Part shown: positions 48,772-58,239 of the stretch, piece by piece
How the letters are laid out: each line of letters starts with the position of its first letter
Position numbering within the stretch: position 1 is the first letter of the stretch
Assembly: GCA_022509085.1 (NCBI GenBank)
Contig: JAFLTW010000002.1
Span: 54,455-118,454, forward strand
DNA length: 64,000 nt
Source: Muribaculaceae bacterium
GTDB taxonomy: Bacteria > Bacteroidota > Bacteroidia > Bacteroidales > Muribaculaceae
Reading direction: 5' to 3'
Notes under the pieces: model-generated
What the model was told of the DNA's origin: nothing
Seen by the model: only the letters and a program-made list of their open reading frames with translations
The model's database searches: none
Made by a program: the position numbers and the translations under genes

Positions 48772-49847
48772 ACCTCCATCAGCAGTCGGCAGGTTTCCTT
48801 TATGTCATGTTTTCTCAACGCGGGGTGGATATCACTCCTCGGAGACAGCTCTGTCTGCGCAATCTTCTGCGCCCATTCCTTAGCAGGAACGTCGAGCGGG
48901 ATGTAGCGTATCAAGGGGGTGAGGTCGGTTTCGCGCGGCACAGCCGTTGAGGCCACTACGGGGAGACCTGCGGCCTGGGCCTCGATAGCCACGATGCCGA
49001 AGCCTTCGTAGAGCGAGGGGAAGAGGAGCAGGTCAAAGGCCTGCATCAGGTCGCTCACATCGCTGCGGCTCCCAAGGAAGAGGGCGTGCGGGGCGAGGCC
49101 CTCGTCGATGACGCGCCGCTCTATTTCCTGCTTGAGCTCACCGTCGCCGGCAAATACCATGACGGTGTCGGGGCGCAACTTCACCAGTTCCCGCAATACG
49201 TCGATCATGAAGCCGTGGTTTTTCGCCTTGCGGAAGGCGGCTACGCTGCCTACGGTGAATGCCTTCTCGAGGCAGAGCTGCCGGCGCACCCGGTCGCGGG
49301 TCTCGGGGTTGAAACGGAAGCTGTCGAGGTCGATGCCGTTGTTCACCACGCGGGCCTCCTTCCTGGCACGCGTGCCCTTGAAACCCCAGTCGAGGGCGCC
49401 CTCCGAGCAACCGAGGTAGTGGGTAGCAATGCCGGCTATGCGTGCACGGTTGAGGCGATGTAGGAGGCGGTTGTGCAGTCCGGCGGTCGAGACGTTGTGG
49501 GAATGGGCGATGCGGACCGGTATACCGTATTTGCGTGCGTATACCAGGGGCATGATTCCCGTGAAACTGTTGCCGTTGAAGTGCACGGCGTCATAGCGGT
49601 GGGCGTTGGCCTTGAAGAAAGCGTCGAGCGAACGGATATGGGCTTTCCAGCCCTGCTTACGCGGGATGAAGGAATGTATTTGGGCCCCCAGAGCCATGGC
49701 TTCCTGCTCCACGTCGGAGCCGGTGCGTTCTTCGACGAGGAAGTCAAACTGCACCTCTTTCGGGTCCATATTACGGATGGCGTTGAGCATAAAAGCCTCC
49801 GTCCCGTTACGGCGGAGTCCCCCTGTGATCATCAGCACTCTCTTCAT
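48726..49847 (-). CDS. GT4 glycosyltransferase (EpsF/CapH-like)
   Basis: MKRVLMI..GLRRNGTE, RIAHSH, KNHGF, FPSLYEGF..VAIEAQAAG; -7 box TAACTTTG at 49860-53. Confidence 0.9.
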   Translation of the reverse strand: MKRVLMITGGLRRNGTEAFMLNAIRNMDPKEVQFDFLVEERTGSDVEQEAMALGAQIHSFIPRKQGWKAHIRSLDAFFKANAHRYDAVHFNGNSFTGIMPLVYARKYGIPVRIAHSHNVSTAGLHNRLLHRLNRARIAGIATHYLGCSEGALDWGFKGTRARKEARVVNNGIDLDSFRFNPETRDRVRRQLCLEKAFTVGSVAAFRKAKNHGFMIDVLRELVKLRPDTVMVFAGDGELKQEIERRVIDEGLAPHALFLGSRSDVSDLMQAFDLLLFPSLYEGFGIVAIEAQAAGLPVVASTAVPRETDLTPLIRYIPLDVPAKEWAQKIAQTELSPRSDIHPALRKHDIKETCRLLMEVYSSGASKPRSDSTT

Positions 49848-49942
49848 CCCCGCAAAGTTAATAAAATAAATCGACATTCCCACCTCCCACGCTGGTGGGC
49901 CTCCCGCCACCGTGCCTCGCCGCGCCGGTTCTCGACGCCGGT

Positions 49943-50007
49943 TCATGCTTCTTCATGATAAATCATGATAAATCATGTTAAATCATGCTTCATCCTGCTC
50001 CCTCATG
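49943..50007. repeat. Seven TC(A/C)TG units at exact 10-bp period
   Basis: Units at 49943, 49953, 49963, 49973, 49983, 49993, 50003. Confidence 0.9.
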
Positions 50008-50017
50008 CCCCAGAGGG

Positions 50018-50767
50018 CTAATTGAGAGGCCTGGTTCCCGTGCATTTAGGATAGTCGCTGCAACCCCAGAATTCGCGGCCTTGGTTCTGTCCGCGCTTTT
50101 GCATCCTCTTTAGCATCGGTTTGCCGCATATCGGACATTGCGGGCATCCTTCGGCCTGGGATTGCGCAGCGCGGGCCTCAAGTCGTTCCTGGGTCATGTT
50201 TTCAGAGAAACCCCCTGTCTGCTTAAAGCTTTCAAGCTGACTCTCAAGTTGTGATTGCAGCATCTTATTCTCTTTCAAAAGCAGTAAGAGCAGCGCGTTG
50301 GCTACAATTTCCGGATTTTCATTTTCCAGCCATTGGCTAAATTTATCTTTCTGGGCGAGAATGTGCTTGGCTGCATCATGAAGATAGCTGTTGGAATACT
50401 GTGGCCGATCAAGATTAATGTGCCATATCGCCTCCCTGTCCGGATTCCCGATTGCCCATGCGTCGGCCCTACGACGAAGCAGGAAATTGAAAAAATCGCC
50501 CTGCAACTCATCGAAACTTGCTCGGGCAACGTCCAAAAGCTTCAGCTCCGTCTCTATCGAGGTAGAATGGCGTGCTGACCCCTCGGCGATGTTTGCCACG
50601 CCACACCGCGCTGCCATAACCATCTGATCGTAAAGCCGGCGTCCCGGATCCATTTTATAGTCGACAAAGCGCTCGCAAAAGTCTTGGGTGGCCAGTTGGA
50701 TAATATTTGCCAGCACCCAGGAATCCAGATAGAAATAAGACTGAGAGAATTGTATCTTAACGCCCAT
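50018..50767 (-). CDS. Four-helix-bundle protein (TIGR02436-like) + suffix domain (TIGR04258-like) + topoisomerase-type C4 zinc finger
   Basis: DQMVMAARCGVANIAEG...ETELKLLDVARASFDEL; ANALL...Q......F...GGF.E.M...R; CPICGKPM...FWGCSDYPKC. Confidence 0.9.
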   Translation of the reverse strand: MGVKIQFSQSYFYLDSWVLANIIQLATQDFCERFVDYKMDPGRRLYDQMVMAARCGVANIAEGSARHSTSIETELKLLDVARASFDELQGDFFNFLLRRRADAWAIGNPDREAIWHINLDRPQYSNSYLHDAAKHILAQKDKFSQWLENENPEIVANALLLLLLKENKMLQSQLESQLESFKQTGGFSENMTQERLEARAAQSQAEGCPQCPICGKPMLKRMQKRGQNQGREFWGCSDYPKCTGTRPLN

Positions 50768-50778
50768 AATAATTCCAT

Positions 50779-50808
50779 TAGTAAAGTATAGTAATGTATA
50801 GTAAAGTA
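50779..50808. repeat. 3 x 10-bp TAGTAA(A/T)GTA in the 5' leader of the four-helix-bundle gene
   Basis: tagtaaagta tagtaatgta tagtaaagta. Confidence 0.9.
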
Positions 50809-50836
50809 TTAGCTAGCTTAGGAAGTGGCTTTTCAG

Positions 50837-50844
50837 CAAAATTA
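50837..50844 (-). promoter_or_regulatory. -7 box of the four-helix-bundle gene
   Basis: TAATTTTG on minus strand. Confidence 0.65.
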
Positions 50845-50860
50845 GCAAATTTTGTTATAA

Positions 50861-50952
50861 GAATCATGGTTAATCATGATAATCCATGATCAATCATGAT
50901 CAATCATGCCAATTCCCGCTTACCTTATCATGCTTCATCCTGATATTTCATC
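50861..50952. repeat. Five CATG units at 10-bp period plus a degenerate second block
   Basis: CATG at 50865, 50875, 50885, 50895, 50905; TCATG/TCCTG/TCATC at 50928, 50938, 50948. Confidence 0.9.
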
Positions 50953-51060
50953 CTCTTCGATTCTGCCTCCTCATGCTGCATCCTCCCGCGATGTTCAGCT
51001 CGTTATTTCCAACAATCTAAAAAGTTCGATTGGTCCACGGAGCGGCGCCGTGCCGTCTTG

Positions 51061-51429
51061 TCAGTGGGCGGAGCGGGTGGAAAGCTTCTTGCCGTCGCGG
51101 CTCCAGGTGTAGATCCAGCTGCCGGAACGTGAGGTGAAGGTGTCGCCGGCTACGCCGATGACTTCGCCGACGGAGCTGCGAGACAGGGTGCAGTATTTGC
51201 GGCCGTCGGAATCCCAAAGGTAAACCCAGCTGCCGTTTTCGCTTACAAAGAACGTGGAGCTATAGCCCTTCACCGTACCTACCGATGAGGCGGAGAGGGT
51301 CTTGTATTTCTTTCCCTGGGCGTTGTACATGTAGACCCAGCTTCCTGCAGGCTCTACCTGCGATATCACTTCGGCGAAGGCGCAAGCCGCTATCATCACC
51401 ATCGCCAAACTCAATATTATACGTTTCAT
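51061..51429 (-). CDS. Small secreted protein with 37-aa internal repeats
   Basis: Signal peptide; GSW(V/I)Y...GKK...(L/R)S x3; -7 box at 51480-73. Confidence 0.8.
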   Translation of the reverse strand: MKRIILSLAMVMIAACAFAEVISQVEPAGSWVYMYNAQGKKYKTLSASSVGTVKGYSSTFFVSENGSWVYLWDSDGRKYCTLSRSSVGEVIGVAGDTFTSRSGSWIYTWSRDGKKLSTRSAH

Positions 51430-51523
51430 TTTCTTTCCTCTAATTTATTCCTATGCGTCATTCTAATTGATGCAAAGTTAATAAAAATCCCGGATATGAG
51501 AGGGGGGTGAGCCGGGAGCGGGA

Positions 51524-51979
51524 TCAGGGGTATTTGCGGAAGTTGTAGGTGAGCATGCGGCCATACTGGTCGGTGTATTGCCACTGCATTATGTCGGAGG
51601 TGAGACGCGTTACGGTGATCTCGAGTTGGTCGACACCCTGCGGGAAGTGCATCGCCACGGGGAAGGGGTCGAAGAGGTAGGAGAGGTTTGCGCCGCTGCC
51701 TGCTTGGAATGAGGCTATAAGGGTGAGGGTCTCTCCGGCATACGACCATTCGCCGTAGATCTCGGCACGCTCCATGTAGGCGGCGTTGAATACCTTCCCC
51801 TGGAAGTTGAACATGATTTCGGGATTGTCGGCATAGGATTGCTCGCTCACGCCGTCGATCATAATCGACTCGAGGTGCCAGCTGCCAAACCATACGCCGA
51901 TGTCGCCGTCGGGCCGGGTGCAGCCTGGGGCTGCCAGCAGCAGTATGAGGACTGCCAGGATATTAAGTGTCTTTTTCAT
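51524..51979 (-). CDS. Lipocalin-like lipoprotein
   Basis: Lipobox-like PGC; G.W.GSW.L lipocalin motif; FRKY C-terminus. Confidence 0.75.
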   Translation of the reverse strand: MKKTLNILAVLILLLAAPGCTRPDGDIGVWFGSWHLESIMIDGVSEQSYADNPEIMFNFQGKVFNAAYMERAEIYGEWSYAGETLTLIASFQAGSGANLSYLFDPFPVAMHFPQGVDQLEITVTRLTSDIMQWQYTDQYGRMLTYNFRKYP

Positions 51980-53562
51980 TTTGCGGAATGATGTTTACCC
52001 AGGGTGACGGGGCATGAATATGATAGGGTAAGAAGGGCGCCCACGGCGTTGGAGGGAATGGTGCCGTGGTCTATGGCGATGGCCGCGCCCAGAGAGAGCC
52101 CGGGCACGCGACGGAAGGCATAGGATGCGCCGGCCATGAAGCTGTCGGACTCCACGGGGTTGATGAGGGTATAGGTGTTGGTGTCGCCCCAGGCCTTGCG
52201 GTGGTTGTATTTCACAATGTAGTCTATATCGGGTCCGATGGCGCCCTCGATGGCAAGGTGGAAGCCGCGCACACGGAAGTAGGGGATGCCGCCGTCGTTG
52301 GGCCTAAGTGGGTTGGAACCCGTATCGAAGAGGATACCCTGCACCATGGGAGTGCCCATGGTGAGTCCATAGTTCACATAGTCGCGATAGTAGAAATTGG
52401 TGTAATAGCCGTCGCGGCCGTGGGCCTGATGGGGGAGGTTGGCGCCTCCGGTGTTGTTGTAGCCGGGGGAGTAGCTGATGGGGCCGCTCATGTGGGTAAG
52501 GTCGAGATATTCGGCCACGGCTCCCGTAATCCACCATCGGCGGTTGAGCTTGAACTCGAGACCCCAGAGGCCGTCCCAGCCGTTCTCCTTGAGCAGGCTG
52601 GATCCGTCTTCCCAAAACCACTGTGTGTAGGCTCTCAGCGTCTCGCCTCCCTTGAAGCGGTAGCGTGCGGCGACGTCCCACGTGCCCTTATGGTCGCCCG
52701 TCTTGTAGCCCTCGTGGGTCTTCGTGTCGAGCGGCAGGATCATCAGGAAGAAGTCTTTGAAGCCGCCGTAGTTGTTGGTCTGCTCGATGAGCTGGCCGTT
52801 GGCATACTTGTATGTCCAGCCTCCGAAGATGCCGCTCATCTGAAAGCCGAACCTGAAGGAGAATGGCTTGGAGGGTTTCGACTGGAGGGCGATGCGTTTG
52901 TAGGTCCAGAAGCTGCCGGGGTTGCGTTTCCCCTCCCAGTAGTCGAAATGGTTGTTGATCCACTTAGTATCGACAAACTTTCCGTAGCTCAGGCAGATGT
53001 CGGCCTGCACCCATCCGTTGGTGAGGGGTATGTCCTGGAAGTCGACGAAACCGATGCGTGCCTCGGGAATGCCGCGAGAGTTGCCGCTCCAAAGGAGGTC
53101 GCCGCTCGAGAGCTCCTGGTCAACGAAACAGGAGTTGAGATCCTTGAGGCCGAGGCGCAGGTAGAGGCAACGCCACTTCACCTCGCCGTAGAGCTGCTGG
53201 ATCCAGACGGCTGCGGGCCCCTGCGGATTACGCTCCCACCGCATGTCGGCCGGAAGGTCGGTGAGCGCGGGGTTGTAGCGCCGGTAGTCTACCCTCGAGG
53301 CGTAGCCCCCGAGCAGCTCGACGCCCCAGGCGAAGTCGAAGCGCCGGGAGAGGTCGAGGGGGTCTTCGGCCCAGAGGTCGAGCTGGGCGTTATAGGCCTG
53401 CGTGAGTTTGCCGTGGCGGTTGGCATGGAGGTAGAAGGGTGCGAAGTCGCTGCTTCCGGCCCCGAGATTCAGTTGGGCGCCCACATCAAACGTATACTCG
53501 GCGCGGACCCCTGGGAGGCAGCACAGCATAAGCAGGATGGAGGCTATCAGTTTTTTTGTCAT
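51976..53562 (-). CDS. wzi: Capsule assembly Wzi-family outer membrane protein
   Basis: LSSGDLLWSGNSRGIP..RIG; DHKGTWD; DGLWGLE; N.GLTMGTP; in capsule context. Confidence 0.82.
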   Translation of the reverse strand: MTKKLIASILLMLCCLPGVRAEYTFDVGAQLNLGAGSSDFAPFYLHANRHGKLTQAYNAQLDLWAEDPLDLSRRFDFAWGVELLGGYASRVDYRRYNPALTDLPADMRWERNPQGPAAVWIQQLYGEVKWRCLYLRLGLKDLNSCFVDQELSSGDLLWSGNSRGIPEARIGFVDFQDIPLTNGWVQADICLSYGKFVDTKWINNHFDYWEGKRNPGSFWTYKRIALQSKPSKPFSFRFGFQMSGIFGGWTYKYANGQLIEQTNNYGGFKDFFLMILPLDTKTHEGYKTGDHKGTWDVAARYRFKGGETLRAYTQWFWEDGSSLLKENGWDGLWGLEFKLNRRWWITGAVAEYLDLTHMSGPISYSPGYNNTGGANLPHQAHGRDGYYTNFYYRDYVNYGLTMGTPMVQGILFDTGSNPLRPNDGGIPYFRVRGFHLAIEGAIGPDIDYIVKYNHRKAWGDTNTYTLINPVESDSFMAGASYAFRRVPGLSLGAAIAIDHGTIPSNAVGALLTLSYSCPVTLGKHHSAK

Positions 53563-53604
53563 ATGGTCAGTTCGTCGGTTTAAGGTTATGGGTAGATAGG
53601 GAAG

Positions 53605-54705
53605 TCAGTTGCGCCCTTCGGCAAACTTGAATAGGGAGCCTGTGGGGCATACGAAGCGGCAGTAGGGGCGGTGAACCACCAGCGAGAGCAGTACGAATAC
53701 GCCCGCTATGCCGAGTACCACCGGCGAGGCGTCGCGCACGAAGAAGGCCGCGAAAGGTTCGTAGCCCATCCAGTCGAACCAGAGGCCGGTCCAGAGCAGC
53801 CACATGAGCCCGAACCAGAGCACCTCGCGGCACACCGTAAGCCAGCGGGCCACGCGTGCCGGCACCTGCAGCTTCCACTTGCAGCACTTCGATGCGAGGT
53901 CTTGGATAGAGCCGTAGGGGCATAGCCAGGAGCAGTAATGATCTACCTTGCCAAACATCGGATAGATGAAGGCTGTGACAAGCAACAGAACCACCGGGAT
54001 GAGCGCCACCTGCGTGATGCCGTTGGTGAGATAGGACACCATCAGGGAGTAGGAGACGAACGTGCCGCCCCAGAAACCGAGGATGCCTACATTGAGCGCC
54101 AGCTGCAGCAGGCGGTACTTGCGGCTCTTCAGAAACAGCGGGAGTACGGCCCCGCAGAGGATGACGGCCAGCGTGAAGTAGAATTTCAGGTCGAGCGGAG
54201 CCTCGGCGCCACGGGCCGCTCCTGCATGGGCGTTCTCCTCGTCGAGTGCATAGGCCACGCCGGCCTTGACGTTGGCAATAATGGCCGTAGACGTGAAGGT
54301 GGCGCCCGACACGGCGTCGAGCGGCGTATCTGCGGCCTCCCGTAGCGTCTTGCCCTTTAGGGCGTCGAGAAGGTCGCTATTGAGCACTGCGCCCAGAAAC
54401 TCGGGCGACTCGCGGTTGGGGGAAATCACCTTCACCTTCTGTATTCGCCCGTCGACGAGCGTTATCTCCACGGGAGTGGGTCCGCCGTAGCCGATGATGT
54501 CGCGCCCGGGAGCGGTGGTGTTGATCACCATCGTTCCGTCCGGATTTTCCGTAACTACGGGCGGTGCCTCGTCGGCATCCCCCTTGGAGAGGTCGATGCC
54601 GATAATCTTATGGCTGTTGGCAATGGGAACCACCATCATCAGGAGCAGGCAGATGGCAAAGCAGGCAAACTGCCCTATGTTGAGCTGCAGCTTGAGTCTC
54701 TTCAT
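53605..54705 (-). CDS. FMN-binding + 4Fe-4S membrane protein (NosR/NirI-like)
   Basis: GYGGP, LDAVSGATFTS (flavinylation-type Thr), CSWLCPYGS and YCRFVCPTG. Confidence 0.85.
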   Translation of the reverse strand: MKRLKLQLNIGQFACFAICLLLMMVVPIANSHKIIGIDLSKGDADEAPPVVTENPDGTMVINTTAPGRDIIGYGGPTPVEITLVDGRIQKVKVISPNRESPEFLGAVLNSDLLDALKGKTLREAADTPLDAVSGATFTSTAIIANVKAGVAYALDEENAHAGAARGAEAPLDLKFYFTLAVILCGAVLPLFLKSRKYRLLQLALNVGILGFWGGTFVSYSLMVSYLTNGITQVALIPVVLLLVTAFIYPMFGKVDHYCSWLCPYGSIQDLASKCCKWKLQVPARVARWLTVCREVLWFGLMWLLWTGLWFDWMGYEPFAAFFVRDASPVVLGIAGVFVLLSLVVHRPYCRFVCPTGSLFKFAEGRN

Positions 54706-55889
54706 AACCGGTTAAGAATTTTATCCTCCCACTCATCCACGATGTCGCGGATGCCGAAGCGGCGTATAGAGGCCGGCCCCTGGAGGGCCATCCGACGCCA
54801 TAGGTCGGGGTTGTCGGCCAGGCGTGCCATCGCCGCTGCCATCGCTGCGGCGCTGAAAGGGGGCACGATGAGACCGTTCTCTCCGTCGGCCACAATGTCG
54901 TGCATAGCCTCGTAAGAGTCGAAAGCCACGGGCACGCAGCCGAAGGCCATGGCCTCCACGAGCACCATGCCCCAACCCTCGAAGGTAGAGGTGAGGCAGA
55001 AAATTTTGGCCTCACGGTAATATCGCTCCACGTCTTCACGGTTGCCCTCGAATCGGATGCCGCTGACGCCGCGTCTTTGGGCGTAGCGCTTCACCAGCTC
55101 GAGGTCGACCCCGTCGCCCACGAGCACTGCTTCCCAGTCGGGGTGGCTGCGGTGGAAGATGCCCCAGGCTTCCACGAAGCCCGTAAGGTTTTTCTGAGGA
55201 TTGATGGCGCGGCACATCTGGAGCACCACGTTGCGCTTCGCGCCAAGATCCGGAGCCTCGTGAGGAGCCTCAAACGTTAGGGGATTGTTTACGGCCACGA
55301 CGCGGTCGGGGTCGAGGCCGGGAGTGTTGGCGAAAAGGCGCGGCAGAAAGCGTTCGCTGAGCATCACGAGCCGCTCCGTATGAAGCGCCACATCGCGGAA
55401 GGAGGCGGCAATCTGCCGCCGGTAGAGCACGCGGAACAGCGCCGGAGCCACAATACCGAGCATGCGCAGCACCTTGCCCTTGAGTCGTAGGGGAGTGGCC
55501 GACGGGAGACTCTTCACCTTGCGCTCCTTGCCGAGAAGCGAGAAGGGCTGCATATGATAGACCATCACGGAGCGCACCCCCTCCGGGAGCAGGTGCATAG
55601 CCATGAGATTGGCCTCGCTCATATGCTGGAGCACCACAAGGTCGATACCGCTTCGGGTCGTGAATTCGGCGAGCCGTCGCCTCGCCTCCTCCCGGCTGAG
55701 AGAGAGGACGGGTATCGTGAGTTGCGGAAACTCACCCTGACGCGCAAAGGGCTCCGGGGCATCGGCCAGCGAGAGGAACGAGACGGAGTGGCCGCGGCGG
55801 CGCAGCTCGCCGGCCAGCAGCCACGAGACGCGCTGCATGCCCCCCTTCGAGGGATTGACCTCATGGTCGTGAACGAACACGATATTCAT
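54702..55889 (-). CDS. GT4 glycosyltransferase
   Basis: MNIVFVH...GGMQRV; QKN; [18 protein letters not shown]; start set at 55889 after -7 box 55904-897. Confidence 0.9.
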   Translation of the reverse strand: MNIVFVHDHEVNPSKGGMQRVSWLLAGELRRRGHSVSFLSLADAPEPFARQGEFPQLTIPVLSLSREEARRRLAEFTTRSGIDLVVLQHMSEANLMAMHLLPEGVRSVMVYHMQPFSLLGKERKVKSLPSATPLRLKGKVLRMLGIVAPALFRVLYRRQIAASFRDVALHTERLVMLSERFLPRLFANTPGLDPDRVVAVNNPLTFEAPHEAPDLGAKRNVVLQMCRAINPQKNLTGFVEAWGIFHRSHPDWEAVLVGDGVDLELVKRYAQRRGVSGIRFEGNREDVERYYREAKIFCLTSTFEGWGMVLVEAMAFGCVPVAFDSYEAMHDIVADGENGLIVPPFSAAAMAAAMARLADNPDLWRRMALQGPASIRRFGIRDIVDEWEDKILNRL

Positions 55890-55946
55890 ACCGATGCAAA
55901 AATACAAAAATTTTTACTAATTTTGTATGCTCTAAAAAAGAAACTT

Positions 55947-56921
55947 ATGGAATGCGAAATACTGGTGACCGGAGGAGCGGGCTTCATCGGCTCCAATCTC
56001 TGCGAGCATCTGCTCGAGAAGGGATACAGAGTGAGATGTCTCGACAACTTCGCCACGGGAAAATGGCAGAACGTGACGCCGCTGCTCGAGAAGTATGCCG
56101 GGAAATTTGACCTCCAGGTAGGCGACATAAGGCAGCTTGACGCCTGCCGCAAGGCCGTGGAGGGCGTGAGCTACGTTATGCACGAGGCGGCGCTGGGTTC
56201 GGTGCCCCGCTCGATCAAAGACCCCATCACCACCAACGACGTGAACATCGGCGGCTTCCTCAATATGCTCGTGGCCTCGCGCGACGCCGGAGTGAAGCGT
56301 TTCATCTTCGCCGCCTCCTCGTCGACCTACGGCGACTCGGCCACGCTGCCCAAGGTGGAAGACAAGATAGGGAAACCCCTCTCGCCGTATGCCATCACAA
56401 AATACGTTGACGAGCTGTATGCCGACGTCTTCGCGCGCACCTACGGCACGGAATACGTTGGGCTTCGCTACTTCAACGTGTTCGGCCGGAGGCAGGATCC
56501 CCACGGTGCCTACGCAGCCGTGATACCCCTCTTCGTGAAGAAACTGATGCAGCACGAGGCTCCGGTGATAAACGGCGACGGGGAATACAGCCGCGACTTC
56601 ACCTACATCGACAACGTCATTCAGATGAACATGCTGGCAATGCTCACCGACAATCCCGAGGCCGTAAACCAGATCTACAACACGGCCTACGGCGAGCGCA
56701 CCACCATCAACGACCTGGTGAAATATCTCAAGGAATACCTTGCCGAATATGATCCCGCCATCGCGGAGATCGAGCCCATACACGGCCCCATACGTGCCGG
56801 CGACATCCCCCACTCGCTGGCGAGTGTGGACAAGGCGCGGCGGCTGCTCGGCTACGAGCCGGAATACAGGATGCGCGACGGCCTCAGGGAGGCCGTAAAA
56901 TGGTATCGCGAAAATCTTTAA
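55947..56921 (+). CDS. UDP-GlcNAc 4-epimerase (WbpP/TviC-like SDR)
   Basis: [40 protein letters not shown]. Confidence 0.92.
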   Translation: MECEILVTGGAGFIGSNLCEHLLEKGYRVRCLDNFATGKWQNVTPLLEKYAGKFDLQVGDIRQLDACRKAVEGVSYVMHEAALGSVPRSIKDPITTNDVNIGGFLNMLVASRDAGVKRFIFAASSSTYGDSATLPKVEDKIGKPLSPYAITKYVDELYADVFARTYGTEYVGLRYFNVFGRRQDPHGAYAAVIPLFVKKLMQHEAPVINGDGEYSRDFTYIDNVIQMNMLAMLTDNPEAVNQIYNTAYGERTTINDLVKYLKEYLAEYDPAIAEIEPIHGPIRAGDIPHSLASVDKARRLLGYEPEYRMRDGLREAVKWYRENL

Positions 56922-56961
56922 GCTCCCCAGTCACCACTCCCACTCCATTAAGAGACACCCC

Positions 56962-58239
56962 ATGAAGAAAGAAGACATAAGGATATGTGTGATTGGCCTC
57001 GGCTATGTGGGTCTGCCGCTGGCGCGCCTCTTCTCGACGAAATACCCCACCATCGGCTTCGACCTCAAGAAGGAGAGGGTAGAGGAGGTGATGGCCGGCC
57101 ACGACTCCACGCGGGAGGTAGACGACGCCATGCTGCGCGAGGCAATAGATAAGCACGGCTTCCGGGCCACGAGCGAGCTTGACGACATACGGGGCTGCAA
57201 CTTCTACGTCGTAGCCGTGCCCACGCCCGTAGACCGCAACAACAACCCCGACCTCCGGCCGCTCTACGGCGCCTCGGAGACGGTGGGCAAGGTGATTGGC
57301 AAGGGCGACGTGGTGGTGTATGAGTCGACCGTCTATCCTGGCGTCACCGAGGAGGAGTGCATACCGGTGGTGGAGCGAGAGTCGGGGCTGAAGCTCAACC
57401 GCGACTTCTATGCCGGCTACTCGCCGGAGCGGATCAACCCCGGCGACAAGGTGCACTCCGTGGAGAACATAAAGAAAGTTACCTCAGGCTCTACGCCCGA
57501 GACCGGACGGCTGGTAGACGACGTCTACTCCTCCGTGATAGAGGCCGGTACACACCTGGCCCCCTCGATAAAGGTGGCCGAGGCTGCCAAGGTGATCGAG
57601 AATTCCCAGAGGGACATCAACATAGCCTTCGTAAACGAGCTGGCCAAGATATTTCACCTTATGGGAATTTCGACGCGCGACGTGCTGGAGGCCGCCTCCA
57701 CGAAATGGAACTTCCTGAACTTCACTCCGGGACTGGTGGGCGGCCACTGCATAGGGGTGGATCCCTATTATCTGGCGCAGTGTGCGCAACGCTACGGCTA
57801 CAACCCCGAGATAATTCTCTCCGGGCGCAGGATGAACGACAGCATGGGAGCCTACGTGGCCGACAGGGTGATAAAGCTCATGCTCAAGAAGGGGATAAAA
57901 GTGCTTGGCAGCAAGGTGCTCGTGATGGGTTTCACCTTTAAGGAAAACTGCCCCGACGTGCGCAACACGAGGGTGATCGACATTGTGAGGAGTCTCAAGG
58001 AATACAACATGGACGTCACCGTTCTCGACCCCTGGGCACGCCCCGACGAGGTGAGGCGCGAATACGGCATAGAGCTGGTGAATGCCCTCGGGAAGGACGA
58101 GAAATTCGAGGCCGCCATACTGGCCGTGGCCCACGAAGATTTCAAGGACTTCGACCTTGAGGCCCATCTGGAGAGGCAGCACGTGACATTTGACGTAAAA
58201 GGGTTACTGCCCGACGAAATTACCGACGGAAGATTATGA
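56962..58239 (+). CDS. UDP-N-acetylhexosamine 6-dehydrogenase (WbpO/TviB-like)
   Basis: GLGYVGLPLA, YESTVYPG, YSPERINPGD, GGHCIGVDP, FKENCPD.RN. Confidence 0.93.
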   Translation: MKKEDIRICVIGLGYVGLPLARLFSTKYPTIGFDLKKERVEEVMAGHDSTREVDDAMLREAIDKHGFRATSELDDIRGCNFYVVAVPTPVDRNNNPDLRPLYGASETVGKVIGKGDVVVYESTVYPGVTEEECIPVVERESGLKLNRDFYAGYSPERINPGDKVHSVENIKKVTSGSTPETGRLVDDVYSSVIEAGTHLAPSIKVAEAAKVIENSQRDINIAFVNELAKIFHLMGISTRDVLEAASTKWNFLNFTPGLVGGHCIGVDPYYLAQCAQRYGYNPEIILSGRRMNDSMGAYVADRVIKLMLKKGIKVLGSKVLVMGFTFKENCPDVRNTRVIDIVRSLKEYNMDVTVLDPWARPDEVRREYGIELVNALGKDEKFEAAILAVAHEDFKDFDLEAHLERQHVTFDVKGLLPDEITDGRL

